From Lachnospiraceae bacterium (GTDB lineage: Bacteria; Bacillota; Clostridia; Lachnospirales; Lachnospiraceae): DNA of 64,000 bases. Location of the stretch: assembly GCA_045627365.1 (NCBI GenBank), contig JAZQNN010000031.1:1-64000 (forward strand). The letters run 5' to 3'. Position 1 is the stretch's first letter; each line of letters opens with the position of its first letter. This document shows, piece after piece, positions 1 to 7,908 of this stretch. The notes below the pieces were generated by a model. That model saw nothing but the letters and a program-made list of their open reading frames with translations, searched no databases and was not told where the DNA came from. The position numbers were made by a program, and so were the translations under genes.

Positions 1-1757
1 TCATTTGAGTTAAGCGACGCATTCATCGGGAAAAGGCCGTCTTCCATGCCGCACATAAATACGTTCGGGTATTCCAGCCCCTTGGCCGAGTGTATCGTGA
101 TCAGCGAAACATAATCATCCGTAGAATCCCACGAATCTATGTCAGCGACCAGCGCCACTTCCTCCAGAAATCCGTTCAGCGTAGGTTCCTCGGCATTGTC
201 GTTATATTGAACGAGTTTGTTGATCAGTTCGTCGATATTTTCGATTCTTGTCTGCGCCTCAACGGTCTTCTCTGCCTGAAGTTCGGCAAGGTATCCGGTC
301 TTGTTAAGGACATCATCCATCAGCTCAGGAAGTGTGACCTCGCCCACCTCGCTCTTCAGCTCTTCTATGATGTCTCTGAATACGCGCAGCTTGGCTTCTC
401 CGCGGCCGAAAACGCCTTCATTTATGCCGGTGTCGAGTCCCGCCCAGAATGTGATCCCGCGCGAATCCGCAAATTCCTGAACGGTATTTACCGCGCCGGC
501 GCCGATCCCACGCTTCGGCTCATTGATAATGCGCTTTACAGCCAGTCCGTCGTCGCCGTTATCTATGGTCTTCAGATAAGCCAGAACATCCTTGATCTCC
601 TTGCGCTGATAAAAATTTACGCCGCCGAAGATCTTGTACGGCATGTTGAATCTTAAGAACGCCTCCTCAAGGGCTCTTGACTGCGCATTGGTCCTGTAAA
701 GGCATGCGCAATCATTAAGATGCCCGCCCTCTCTTACGAATTTCCGTATCTCAGAAACGACCTTGTCGGCCTCCTGATATGGGTTGTCGACATAGTAGAA
801 CTTGATCTTGCTGCCTTCCTCATTCTCGGTCCAAAGGCGCTTTTCCTTGCGCTGTGTATTGTTCTTGATCACAGCATTGGCCGCGTTAAGAATATTCTGC
901 GTCGAACGGTAATTCTGCTCAAGGCGGATCACCTTGGCTCCCGGGAAATTCTTCTCGAAATTCAGGATATTTCCGATGTCCGCGCCTCTGAATTTGTAGA
1001 TGGACTGGTCATCGTCACCGACAACGCAGATGTTTTTGTATTTGCCTGCCAGGAGGCTTACCAGCTTGAACTGCGCAAAGTTGGTGTCCTGATATTCGTC
1101 GACTGAGATGTATTTAAACCGTTCCTGATATCTTTCAAGGATCTCCGGATTACGCCGGAACAGAAGGATGGTCTTGTTGATCAGATCGTCAAAATCCATC
1201 GCGTTGTTCAGTCTGAGTTCCTTCTCGTATTCTTTGTAAACTGCGGCGACCTTCTTAAGGTAAAAATCGCTTCCGGCGTCAAGTTCAAACTGCTCCGAAT
1301 CGATCAGCTTGTCCTTGGCTGATGATATCTGGCTGATGAACCATTTTTCCTTAAACTGCTTGTTGTCGATATTAAGCTTTTTGCAGACGTTCTTAACGAG
1401 TGTCTTCTGATCGTCACCGTCGTAAATGGTGAAATTGTTGTCGTATCCGAGCAGGTGTGCGTACATTCTCAGAATCTTTACGCACATCGAGTGGAACGTT
1501 GAGATCCACGCACCGCCGGCCGCCATGCCCAGCTGCGACTCAACGCGCTCAAGCATCTCAGCCGCTGCCTTGTTGGTAAAAGTGATCGCAAGTATCTGAC
1601 GTGCGTCAACGCCTTTTTCCTGTATCAGATATGCTATTCTGTTGGTGATAACGCGGGTTTTGCCGCTTCCCGCGCCCGCTAAAATAAGAAGCGGTCCGTC
1701 CGTATGAAGAACCGCTTCCTGTTGCTCTTTGTTAAGTTTCTCTATGAACTTATTCAT
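1..1757 (-). CDS. pcrA: ATP-dependent DNA helicase PcrA/UvrD family, N-terminal part only (3' end runs off the window)
   Basis: Minus-strand frame opens at ATG 1757 and translates to MNKFIEKLNKEQQEAVLHTDGPLLILAGAGSGKTRVITNRIAYL..., with Walker A GAGSGKT and UvrD/PcrA motif order. There is no stop before position 1. Confidence 0.85.
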   Translation of the reverse strand, partial: MNKFIEKLNKEQQEAVLHTDGPLLILAGAGSGKTRVITNRIAYLIQEKGVDARQILAITFTNKAAAEMLERVESQLGMAAGGAWISTFHSMCVKILRMYAHLLGYDNNFTIYDGDDQKTLVKNVCKKLNIDNKQFKEKWFISQISSAKDKLIDSEQFELDAGSDFYLKKVAAVYKEYEKELRLNNAMDFDDLINKTILLFRRNPEILERYQERFKYISVDEYQDTNFAQFKLVSLLAGKYKNICVVGDDDQSIYKFRGADIGNILNFEKNFPGAKVIRLEQNYRSTQNILNAANAVIKNNTQRKEKRLWTENEEGSKIKFYYVDNPYQEADKVVSEIRKFVREGGHLNDCACLYRTNAQSRALEEAFLRFNMPYKIFGGVNFYQRKEIKDVLAYLKTIDNGDDGLAVKRIINEPKRGIGAGAVNTVQEFADSRGITFWAGLDTGINEGVFGRGEAKLRVFRDIIEELKSEVGEVTLPELMDDVLNKTGYLAELQAEKTVEAQTRIENIDELINKLVQYNDNAEEPTLNGFLEEVALVADIDSWDSTDDYVSLITIHSAKGLEYPNVFMCGMEDGLFPMNASLNSN

Positions 1758-1764
1758 TGTCTGA

Positions 1765-2055
1765 TTATTTGTCCTTTAATCTTTCAAACACTGTATCGTA
1801 GCCGCCGTTGCCGTCGGCCATTGATCTTTTGACTCTGCTGATGGTCGCAGTCGAAGCGCCGGATATTTCGGCGATTTCCTGATAGGTACGTCCTTGGTTA
1901 AGCAGCATAGCGACCTGATAACGCTGTGCTATCGCAAGCACTTCATTTGTCGTGCAGACGTCCTCAAAAAATGAGTAAAGCTCTTCCTTGTCTTTCAAAA
2001 GCAATAGTGCTTCGAAAAAGTCATCAACTTCAGGGATCCTGATTTTTTTGCTCAT
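1765..2055 (-). CDS. YerC/YecD-type TrpR-like small DNA-binding protein
   Basis: 96 aa. The C-terminal HTH ...TYQEIAEISGASTATISRVKRSM and overall size are typical of the YerC/YecD family. Confidence 0.7.
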   Translation of the reverse strand: MSKKIRIPEVDDFFEALLLLKDKEELYSFFEDVCTTNEVLAIAQRYQVAMLLNQGRTYQEIAEISGASTATISRVKRSMADGNGGYDTVFERLKDK

Positions 2056-2114
2056 ATTTCACCTCTATCAATGGGCCTGCCGGATGGCATGCTTTTATAT
2101 TTAACTTTGCTCGG

Positions 2115-2978
2115 CTAAAATCTGCCGCCACCGCCTCCGCCGTGCGTCATTCCGCCGGAGGAAATATGTATTGTCGAACCGCCGCTTCCGCTGCCGAATC
2201 CGCCGCTGTGTCCGCCCTGACCAGGCGTATTGCGCGGGATCGGAGTTACCACGACATTGTGATACAGATATGTGTCTGATGAACCTGTAAGGTTAATGCC
2301 GCCGACCACATAGTTGTGAGCCGAACTCTGCCCTTCAATGGTTCTGTGCCTTGACTTCTGTGAAAGTACAACGATCATCGAGATCAAGGCTCCGAAAAGG
2401 ATCGACGTGATTGCCATTGCCGGATAATTCGGCTTTTGCTCATCGTAGTATCCCGGCTTGTCATACGGATTGCCTGTCTCAGCGATTTCCTCAAGTTCGG
2501 CTACCCTCTGACCATACGTCATACCGACACTGTAAAAGTCGCCTTGCTTAAGATACGGAACTATCGCATCATAAATGCTCTGGATCCCATAATCCGATAA
2601 ATCGTGGATCGCCTTGCCTGTTGTTGAAATAACGTAATGACCGCCTTCGCTGTCGAATCCGATAAGGAGAATAACTCCCGAACGGTCTACGCCCTGGCCG
2701 TATCCGCCATCCTCGTAAACTTTGTCTGCAAATGCCAGTCTGTTGTCAAAATCGACATTTCTCTCAGTCCAGAGAATGACATCCATGCCCTTTTGAATGC
2801 TGATCTCTTCCAGCTTCTTCTCAAGAGATGTCTCCTCATCCTCTTTCAGAATGTCAGCGTGATCAACAACATAGTAATTGACCTTGTCTTCAGGCAGGAC
2901 AATAATATCTGCCGCTGCGGGCACCACCATGCAGAAGGTTATGGCGATTATTGCTAATAAAGCTGATAATTTCTTCAT
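2115..2978 (-). CDS. TPM-domain membrane protein with Gly-rich C-terminal tail (YdjH-like)
   Basis: N-terminal signal/TM MKKLSALLAIIAITFCMVV, a TPM-like core, a second TM and the tail GGHSGGFGSGSGGS...HGGGGGGRF. The track start at 2993 is GTG; ATG 2978 follows an AGGAGG Shine-Dalgarno. It overlaps the upstream gene in ATGA fashion. Confidence 0.65.
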   Translation of the reverse strand: MKKLSALLAIIAITFCMVVPAAADIIVLPEDKVNYYVVDHADILKEDEETSLEKKLEEISIQKGMDVILWTERNVDFDNRLAFADKVYEDGGYGQGVDRSGVILLIGFDSEGGHYVISTTGKAIHDLSDYGIQSIYDAIVPYLKQGDFYSVGMTYGQRVAELEEIAETGNPYDKPGYYDEQKPNYPAMAITSILFGALISMIVVLSQKSRHRTIEGQSSAHNYVVGGINLTGSSDTYLYHNVVVTPIPRNTPGQGGHSGGFGSGSGGSTIHISSGGMTHGGGGGGRF

Positions 2979-2989
2979 GCCGCACCTCC

Positions 2990-4075
2990 TCACACAAGCT
3001 GCAGAAGCAGGCGAACCAGGAAGATCGCCGCTCCTATGATTCCTGTGAGCATGAAAAATCTGCCCCAGATACGTTTCTTGTCTGTCGGGATGTCTCCGAC
3101 CATTTTGCCGGTCTGGCCGTTCATTGCAAATGTATACGTCTGGCCGTTCCAGGATGTATTAAGGAGCCATACCGGAAGCATCGCGTATTTTGCAACGCAC
3201 TTGTCTGACTTTACAGAGCATGCCTGCGGAACCACAGACATATATCCGTGGACTGTAGAGGCAAGCGCCGAATCCGTCGTTACTTTTATCCTGGCGTCTG
3301 CCCTTGTCTGGTTGTCCTCGGCACTTACGTCGTATCTGTCAGCAAGATATCCGGCCATGTAAGCGGTCTGAAAATCAACCGCCTCCGAGTAATCAAAAGG
3401 CTCCAGAGACTCCATCATCTCATCCGGCATCTTGCTTGAAGCATCCTCCGGGATATTGGCAAAGCTGATCGTTCCCTGTCTGACTACCGAGTAATATCTC
3501 GTCTCGGTATACATATTTCTCATGTCGCTCCAGGTATTGACGGTCGTTGCGCTGTATCTTGCCGTGCCTTCAACAGTTGAGTCATACAGCCAGTAAGGAA
3601 CATAAATTCCTTTGATCTCGTCAATGTGGTTCTGGCTTGTAAAAAGCTTCGGAACAAAAGGTCTGCTGCTGTAATGCTCAACGAGCTTCTTCTTGGCAGC
3701 CTCCTTGTCCAGCTTGAAAGGTATTATGTAATCCGGCTTCAGATCTCCGGCAACCTGACCCATCAGCACGACCGGATTCCCACAATATGGGCACGACGTT
3801 GCCGCGGTATTCTCATCGCCTATGATCTGTCCGCCGCAGGATTTGCAAACGTAAACACGCAGGCCTTCGGTATCGCCTTCCTGCCATACCTTACCTGCAC
3901 TTTCCCACTCTAATTTGTCCTGCTCCGACGTACTTTCCAGGTCCTGATCGTAGGCCTTCAGTGCCTCGACATCAAGCTCGGTGTCGCAGTAAGGACATTT
4001 CAGCATTTGAAGTGTACTGTCGAAGGCTAAGGCGCCTCCGCAGTTGGGACACTTGTACTCTTGTATGTCTGCCAT
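2990..4075 (-). CDS. Double zinc-ribbon protein with C-terminal TM helix (YdjG-like)
   Basis: Two CxxC...CxxC ribbons (CPNCGG..CPYC and CKSCGG..CPYCG), a central soluble domain and a C-terminal hydrophobic helix GRFFMLTGIIGAAIFLV. Confidence 0.6.
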   Translation of the reverse strand: MADIQEYKCPNCGGALAFDSTLQMLKCPYCDTELDVEALKAYDQDLESTSEQDKLEWESAGKVWQEGDTEGLRVYVCKSCGGQIIGDENTAATSCPYCGNPVVLMGQVAGDLKPDYIIPFKLDKEAAKKKLVEHYSSRPFVPKLFTSQNHIDEIKGIYVPYWLYDSTVEGTARYSATTVNTWSDMRNMYTETRYYSVVRQGTISFANIPEDASSKMPDEMMESLEPFDYSEAVDFQTAYMAGYLADRYDVSAEDNQTRADARIKVTTDSALASTVHGYMSVVPQACSVKSDKCVAKYAMLPVWLLNTSWNGQTYTFAMNGQTGKMVGDIPTDKKRIWGRFFMLTGIIGAAIFLVRLLLQLV

Positions 4076-4144
4076 AATTAGCTGTCCCTCATATTATTCT
4101 CCGGTCATGAGGACGTGCCCCATGACCGGATCTTCATAAAATAA

Positions 4145-5365
4145 TTACTGAATCTGATTTCCGCAATTTGAGCAGAACTTAGCGCCTGGCTGAACTTCGT
4201 TTCCGCAGTTCGGGCAGAACTTCTTAGCCGGAGCTTCCGGTTTCTTCTTGCCGCAGTTAGTGCAGAAATTGCCGCTATTTACAGCGCCGCACTCACATGT
4301 CCAGCCACCTGCTGCAGGAGCTGCCTGAGGAGCTGCTGCTGCGGCTGCTGCCTGTTGCTGCTGACCTACTGTATAAAGGTTAGCTGCATTGAGTCCGCCT
4401 GCGTTCATAGCCATGCCCATGCCAACGAAACCGTTCATAGCGCCGGCCTCGTTGTTTGCTGCTGCCATAAGAGCTTCGCTCTGAGCATTTGCAAGTAAGC
4501 CTGCGCCTAAAGAAGCGTCGCGAAGGCTGCCTGCAACCTGGAGATTCTTGATCCTCTCCTGATCCTCTTCCGGAAGTGTAACTGATCCGATGGCTACGCT
4601 TACAACTTCAAGGCCGCGAAGCTGGCCCCACTTAGCTGAAAGAGCCTCGTTCATAGCCTGCTCCAGCTCTGTGTTGTGGGTAACGATCTGGTTCGGACGG
4701 ATCTGAAGGTCAGAAAGCTTACCGAATGCCGGCTGAAGAGCTGAGATAAATTCTGTCTTAAGCTGTTCCTGAATGGTTGAGCGCTTGTACTCTGATGCAA
4801 CGTTAGCTGCTACATTCTTGTAGAACAGGATAGGATCTGCGATCCTGTATGAGTAAACGCCTGAGCAGCGAACAGATACATCGAGGTCAAGGTTTACGTT
4901 CTTGTCAACAACACGGAAAGGAACAGGGTTCGGAGTTCCGAACTTGTTATCAATGAGTTCCTTGATGTTGAAATAGTAAACTCTCTGATCCTTGCCTGTG
5001 TCTCCGCCGTAGCCGATACGTTTGCCCATAGTCTTAAAGGACTCGATAATGCTGGTTCCCAGATTTCCGCTGAAAATACTAGGTTCTGAAGATGTATCGT
5101 ATGTAAACTCGCCTGCTTCTGCGCATACTTCAACGATAGCACCCTGATCAACGATGATCATGCACTGTCCTTCATTGACGATGATACCGGAGCCGTTAGA
5201 GATGATGTTGTCACTTCCCTTGGTGTTGGAAGAACGGTTGCCGATCATCTTCTGGCCCTTAACCATCAATGTCTCCTGGTCCAGTGACTCACAGTAGAAA
5301 AACTCTTTCCACTGATCAGCGAGAACGCCGCCGACTGCACCGAGAGCTGCCTTTAAAAGTCCCAT
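4145..5365 (-). CDS. SPFH/band-7 domain protein with poly-Q/A linker and four C-terminal CxxC zinc-ribbon motifs (YdjI-like)
   Basis: SPFH-like core, then QQQQAAAAAAAPQAAPAAGG, then WTCECG..CTNCG..CPNCG..CSNCG. The real start is ATG 5365 with Shine-Dalgarno AAAGGAGA; the track start at 5383 is a GTG inside that Shine-Dalgarno. Confidence 0.7.
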   Translation of the reverse strand: MGLLKAALGAVGGVLADQWKEFFYCESLDQETLMVKGQKMIGNRSSNTKGSDNIISNGSGIIVNEGQCMIIVDQGAIVEVCAEAGEFTYDTSSEPSIFSGNLGTSIIESFKTMGKRIGYGGDTGKDQRVYYFNIKELIDNKFGTPNPVPFRVVDKNVNLDLDVSVRCSGVYSYRIADPILFYKNVAANVASEYKRSTIQEQLKTEFISALQPAFGKLSDLQIRPNQIVTHNTELEQAMNEALSAKWGQLRGLEVVSVAIGSVTLPEEDQERIKNLQVAGSLRDASLGAGLLANAQSEALMAAANNEAGAMNGFVGMGMAMNAGGLNAANLYTVGQQQQAAAAAAAPQAAPAAGGWTCECGAVNSGNFCTNCGKKKPEAPAKKFCPNCGNEVQPGAKFCSNCGNQIQ

Positions 5366-5559
5366 ATTTAAGTCTCCTTTCACGCGGTATACTGCACCGC
5401 TTTAAATTGCTGATATTGTAACAAGCATATATTAACTTTTTTCGGTTGTATTTTCAAGCATATTAGTTTATTATGTGTGAAAATCAGGCGCTCAACCAAA
5501 GCGTTTATTTTTTGTTGAGAAAAACACTCTCAATGTATTCGGGAAAGGAGGCTTTTGTC

Positions 5560-6936
5560 ATGACAGAAGAAATCAGAATTCCTCTTGATGAGCAGATAAC
5601 CGAGCTATATTCAAATAAGAAGTACGCCAAGATCCGAGAGATCCTATCTGAAATGAATCCCTTCGATATCGCGGAGTTTTTGAACGATTATCCTAAAGAC
5701 AAGTCAGCCATACTCTTCCGATTGCTTCCGAAAGAGCTGGCAGCCGACACCTTTATCGAGATGGACTCAGATGTCCAGAGCCATTTTATTCAGAGCTTCT
5801 CAGACTCAGAGCTTCGTGAAATGATGGATGAGCTCTATGTCGATGATGCCGTTGACATTATCGAAGAAATGCCGGCCAACGTTGTTAAGCGTATCCTGGC
5901 AAATACCGACGCCGACACCCGTGCCACGATCAATAAGATCCTTCAGTATCCTGACGACAGTGCCGGAAGCATCATGACAGTCGAGTATGTCAGCCTCCGC
6001 AAAAATATGACAGTCGAAGACGCCCTTACACGAATCAGACGTACAGGCGTTGACAAAGAGACCATATATACATGCTACGTTACTGAATACAATCGCACCC
6101 TGATCGGTATCGTGTCCACCAGAGCTCTGCTTCTTGCCGAGCCTGACGAACTGATCAGCGAGATAATGGAGACCAACATCATCTCTGTTCACACTCATAT
6201 GGACAAGGAAGCTGTGGCTCAGATGTTCAGTGATTACAACTTCTACGTTCTTCCTGTTGTTGATGACGAGAACCGACTTGTCGGAATCGTAACAGTCGAT
6301 GACGCTATCGATGTCATGGAAGAAGAGGCCACCGAGGACATTGAGAAGATGGCAGGTATTACGCACGGCGATAACAAGGCATACCTTCAGACCGGCGTTT
6401 TTGAGACATTCAAACACAGGATCTTCTGGCTGTTGCTTCTGATGGTCTCTGCGACATTCACTTCACTGATCATCACGAAATTTGAAGACATCCTTTCCGC
6501 CTCGATCGTACTCACCTCCTGCATCCCGATGCTGATGGATACAGGCGGTAACTGCGGCGGACAGGCATCAGTTACCATTATCCGTTCGCTCTCCCTCGGA
6601 GATATCGAATTCAAGGATATCTTCAGAATTGTATGGAAAGAGCTGCGTGTTGCTGTACTTTGCGCTTTATGCCTGGCAATCGTTAATTTTATCAAGATGT
6701 ACCTTCTCAACTACCTTCCGGGCAACTGCTCGATACTGGTCATCGTAGTTGTGTGCCTGGCGCTTTGCTGCGCGGTCATTGTTGCGAAGTTCATCGGCTG
6801 CGTACTGCCGCTTTTTGCCAGCAAGGTCGGCTTTGACCCGGCTGTAATGTCACAGCCTTTTATTACTACAATCGTTGACGCACTTTCACTGCTTATTTAT
6901 GTAAGCCTTGCAGTCTGGATCCTTAACATAGTTTAA
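5560..6936 (+). CDS. mgtE: Magnesium transporter MgtE
   Basis: N-terminal MgtE_N and tandem CBS region (MTEEIRIPLDEQITELY..., DDAVDIIEEMPANVVKRIL), followed by a five-TM C-terminal MgtE domain. Shine-Dalgarno GAAAGGAGG sits 8 nt upstream of ATG 5560. Confidence 0.9.
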   Translation: MTEEIRIPLDEQITELYSNKKYAKIREILSEMNPFDIAEFLNDYPKDKSAILFRLLPKELAADTFIEMDSDVQSHFIQSFSDSELREMMDELYVDDAVDIIEEMPANVVKRILANTDADTRATINKILQYPDDSAGSIMTVEYVSLRKNMTVEDALTRIRRTGVDKETIYTCYVTEYNRTLIGIVSTRALLLAEPDELISEIMETNIISVHTHMDKEAVAQMFSDYNFYVLPVVDDENRLVGIVTVDDAIDVMEEEATEDIEKMAGITHGDNKAYLQTGVFETFKHRIFWLLLLMVSATFTSLIITKFEDILSASIVLTSCIPMLMDTGGNCGGQASVTIIRSLSLGDIEFKDIFRIVWKELRVAVLCALCLAIVNFIKMYLLNYLPGNCSILVIVVVCLALCCAVIVAKFIGCVLPLFASKVGFDPAVMSQPFITTIVDALSLLIYVSLAVWILNIV

Positions 6937-6939
6937 CCA

Positions 6940-7905
6940 ATGAAGCCAGTTTTTATCGTTCTCATCGTCATAGGCGCAATCGTATTGCTTGTGTGTATTG
7001 CCGGATTCTTTATCGGCAATGCCATCTATAGCAGTGCGATGAACCGCCACTCAAACCTTCCGCGTGCCGCATCCAGGGCTAAGAATGCCTCTCCGGACAA
7101 GCCGCTTGTGACCAGAGGAGACAACAGAGCTGCCTGGCTTGAAGAGATTCCGGTCAAAGATGTTTATATAGAATCCTTTGACGGGCTTAAGCTTTATGCC
7201 AAGCTTCTGGAGAACGAAGCCGGTGGCAACAGCCGCTTCCTGATCGTCTGTCACGGATATACCGGGCACCCTCACGAAATGGCCCATTACGCAGAACAGT
7301 TCTACGGCAAAGGCTATTCTGCCCTTCTTCCGGCTGCAAGAGGACACGACCTATCCGAAGGCGATAACTTCACCATGGGCTGGTACGAAAGATTCGATAT
7401 CGCAAAATGGATCGATTATCTCAATACCAATTACGGCTCACCCGAAATCGTGCTTCTCGGCATATCCATGGGAGCTGCAACTGTGATGATGGCGACCGGC
7501 GAGGACCTTCCCGGAAACGTAAAATGCGCGATCGAAGACTGCGGATTCTCCTCAGTCAAGGAAGAGCTCACCCACTGTCTTAAGAATATGCTGAAGATTC
7601 CATGCGGCAAATTGATGCTGGCTTTTGCAAGACCTGTGATCAAGGCGAAAACCGGTATCGACATCAACAAAGACGGTATCACGACCGACCAGCTTAAAAA
7701 GTCCAAAACGCCTACTCTTTTCATTCACGGCACCGATGACGGATATGTCCCTTTCAGCATGCTGGATGTTGTCTATGACGCGCATCCGGGACTGAAGGAA
7801 AAGTGTGTGATCGAAGGAGCCGCCCACGCAAGCTGCGTTTACAAAGACCCCGAGACGTACTGGAATTCAGTCTGGGATTTCACAGACAAATACGTATCAG
7901 AATAA
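6940..7905 (+). CDS. Membrane-anchored alpha/beta-fold hydrolase
   Basis: N-terminal TM helix. GISMG nucleophile elbow (GxSxG) plus downstream Asp/His. The start is 3 nt after the mgtE stop. Confidence 0.7.
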   Translation: MKPVFIVLIVIGAIVLLVCIAGFFIGNAIYSSAMNRHSNLPRAASRAKNASPDKPLVTRGDNRAAWLEEIPVKDVYIESFDGLKLYAKLLENEAGGNSRFLIVCHGYTGHPHEMAHYAEQFYGKGYSALLPAARGHDLSEGDNFTMGWYERFDIAKWIDYLNTNYGSPEIVLLGISMGAATVMMATGEDLPGNVKCAIEDCGFSSVKEELTHCLKNMLKIPCGKLMLAFARPVIKAKTGIDINKDGITTDQLKKSKTPTLFIHGTDDGYVPFSMLDVVYDAHPGLKEKCVIEGAAHASCVYKDPETYWNSVWDFTDKYVSE

Positions 7906-7908
7906 AGT

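Noticed and set aside
2056-2114. Terminator-like hairpin GCCTGCCGGATGGCATGC plus T-run on the plus strand between the TPM gene and the yerC-like gene
   Set aside because: It is oriented for a plus-strand transcript but no plus-strand gene lies upstream. On the transcribed minus strand it lacks a U-tract, so it is not called as a feature.
2637-3439. Plus-strand ORFs 2637..2957, 2951..3208, 3036..3362, 3248..3439 overlapping the TPM and zinc-ribbon genes
   Set aside because: Same reasoning: they are antisense to convincing coding regions, with no ribosome-binding sites and no recognisable domains.
5366-5559. Possible M-box (Mg2+ riboswitch) in the 194 nt leader upstream of mgtE
   Set aside because: None of the conserved M-box segments (for example GGTGAGG and its pairing partners) are present. 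The region is simply AT-rich divergent promoter DNA with a good Shine-Dalgarno.
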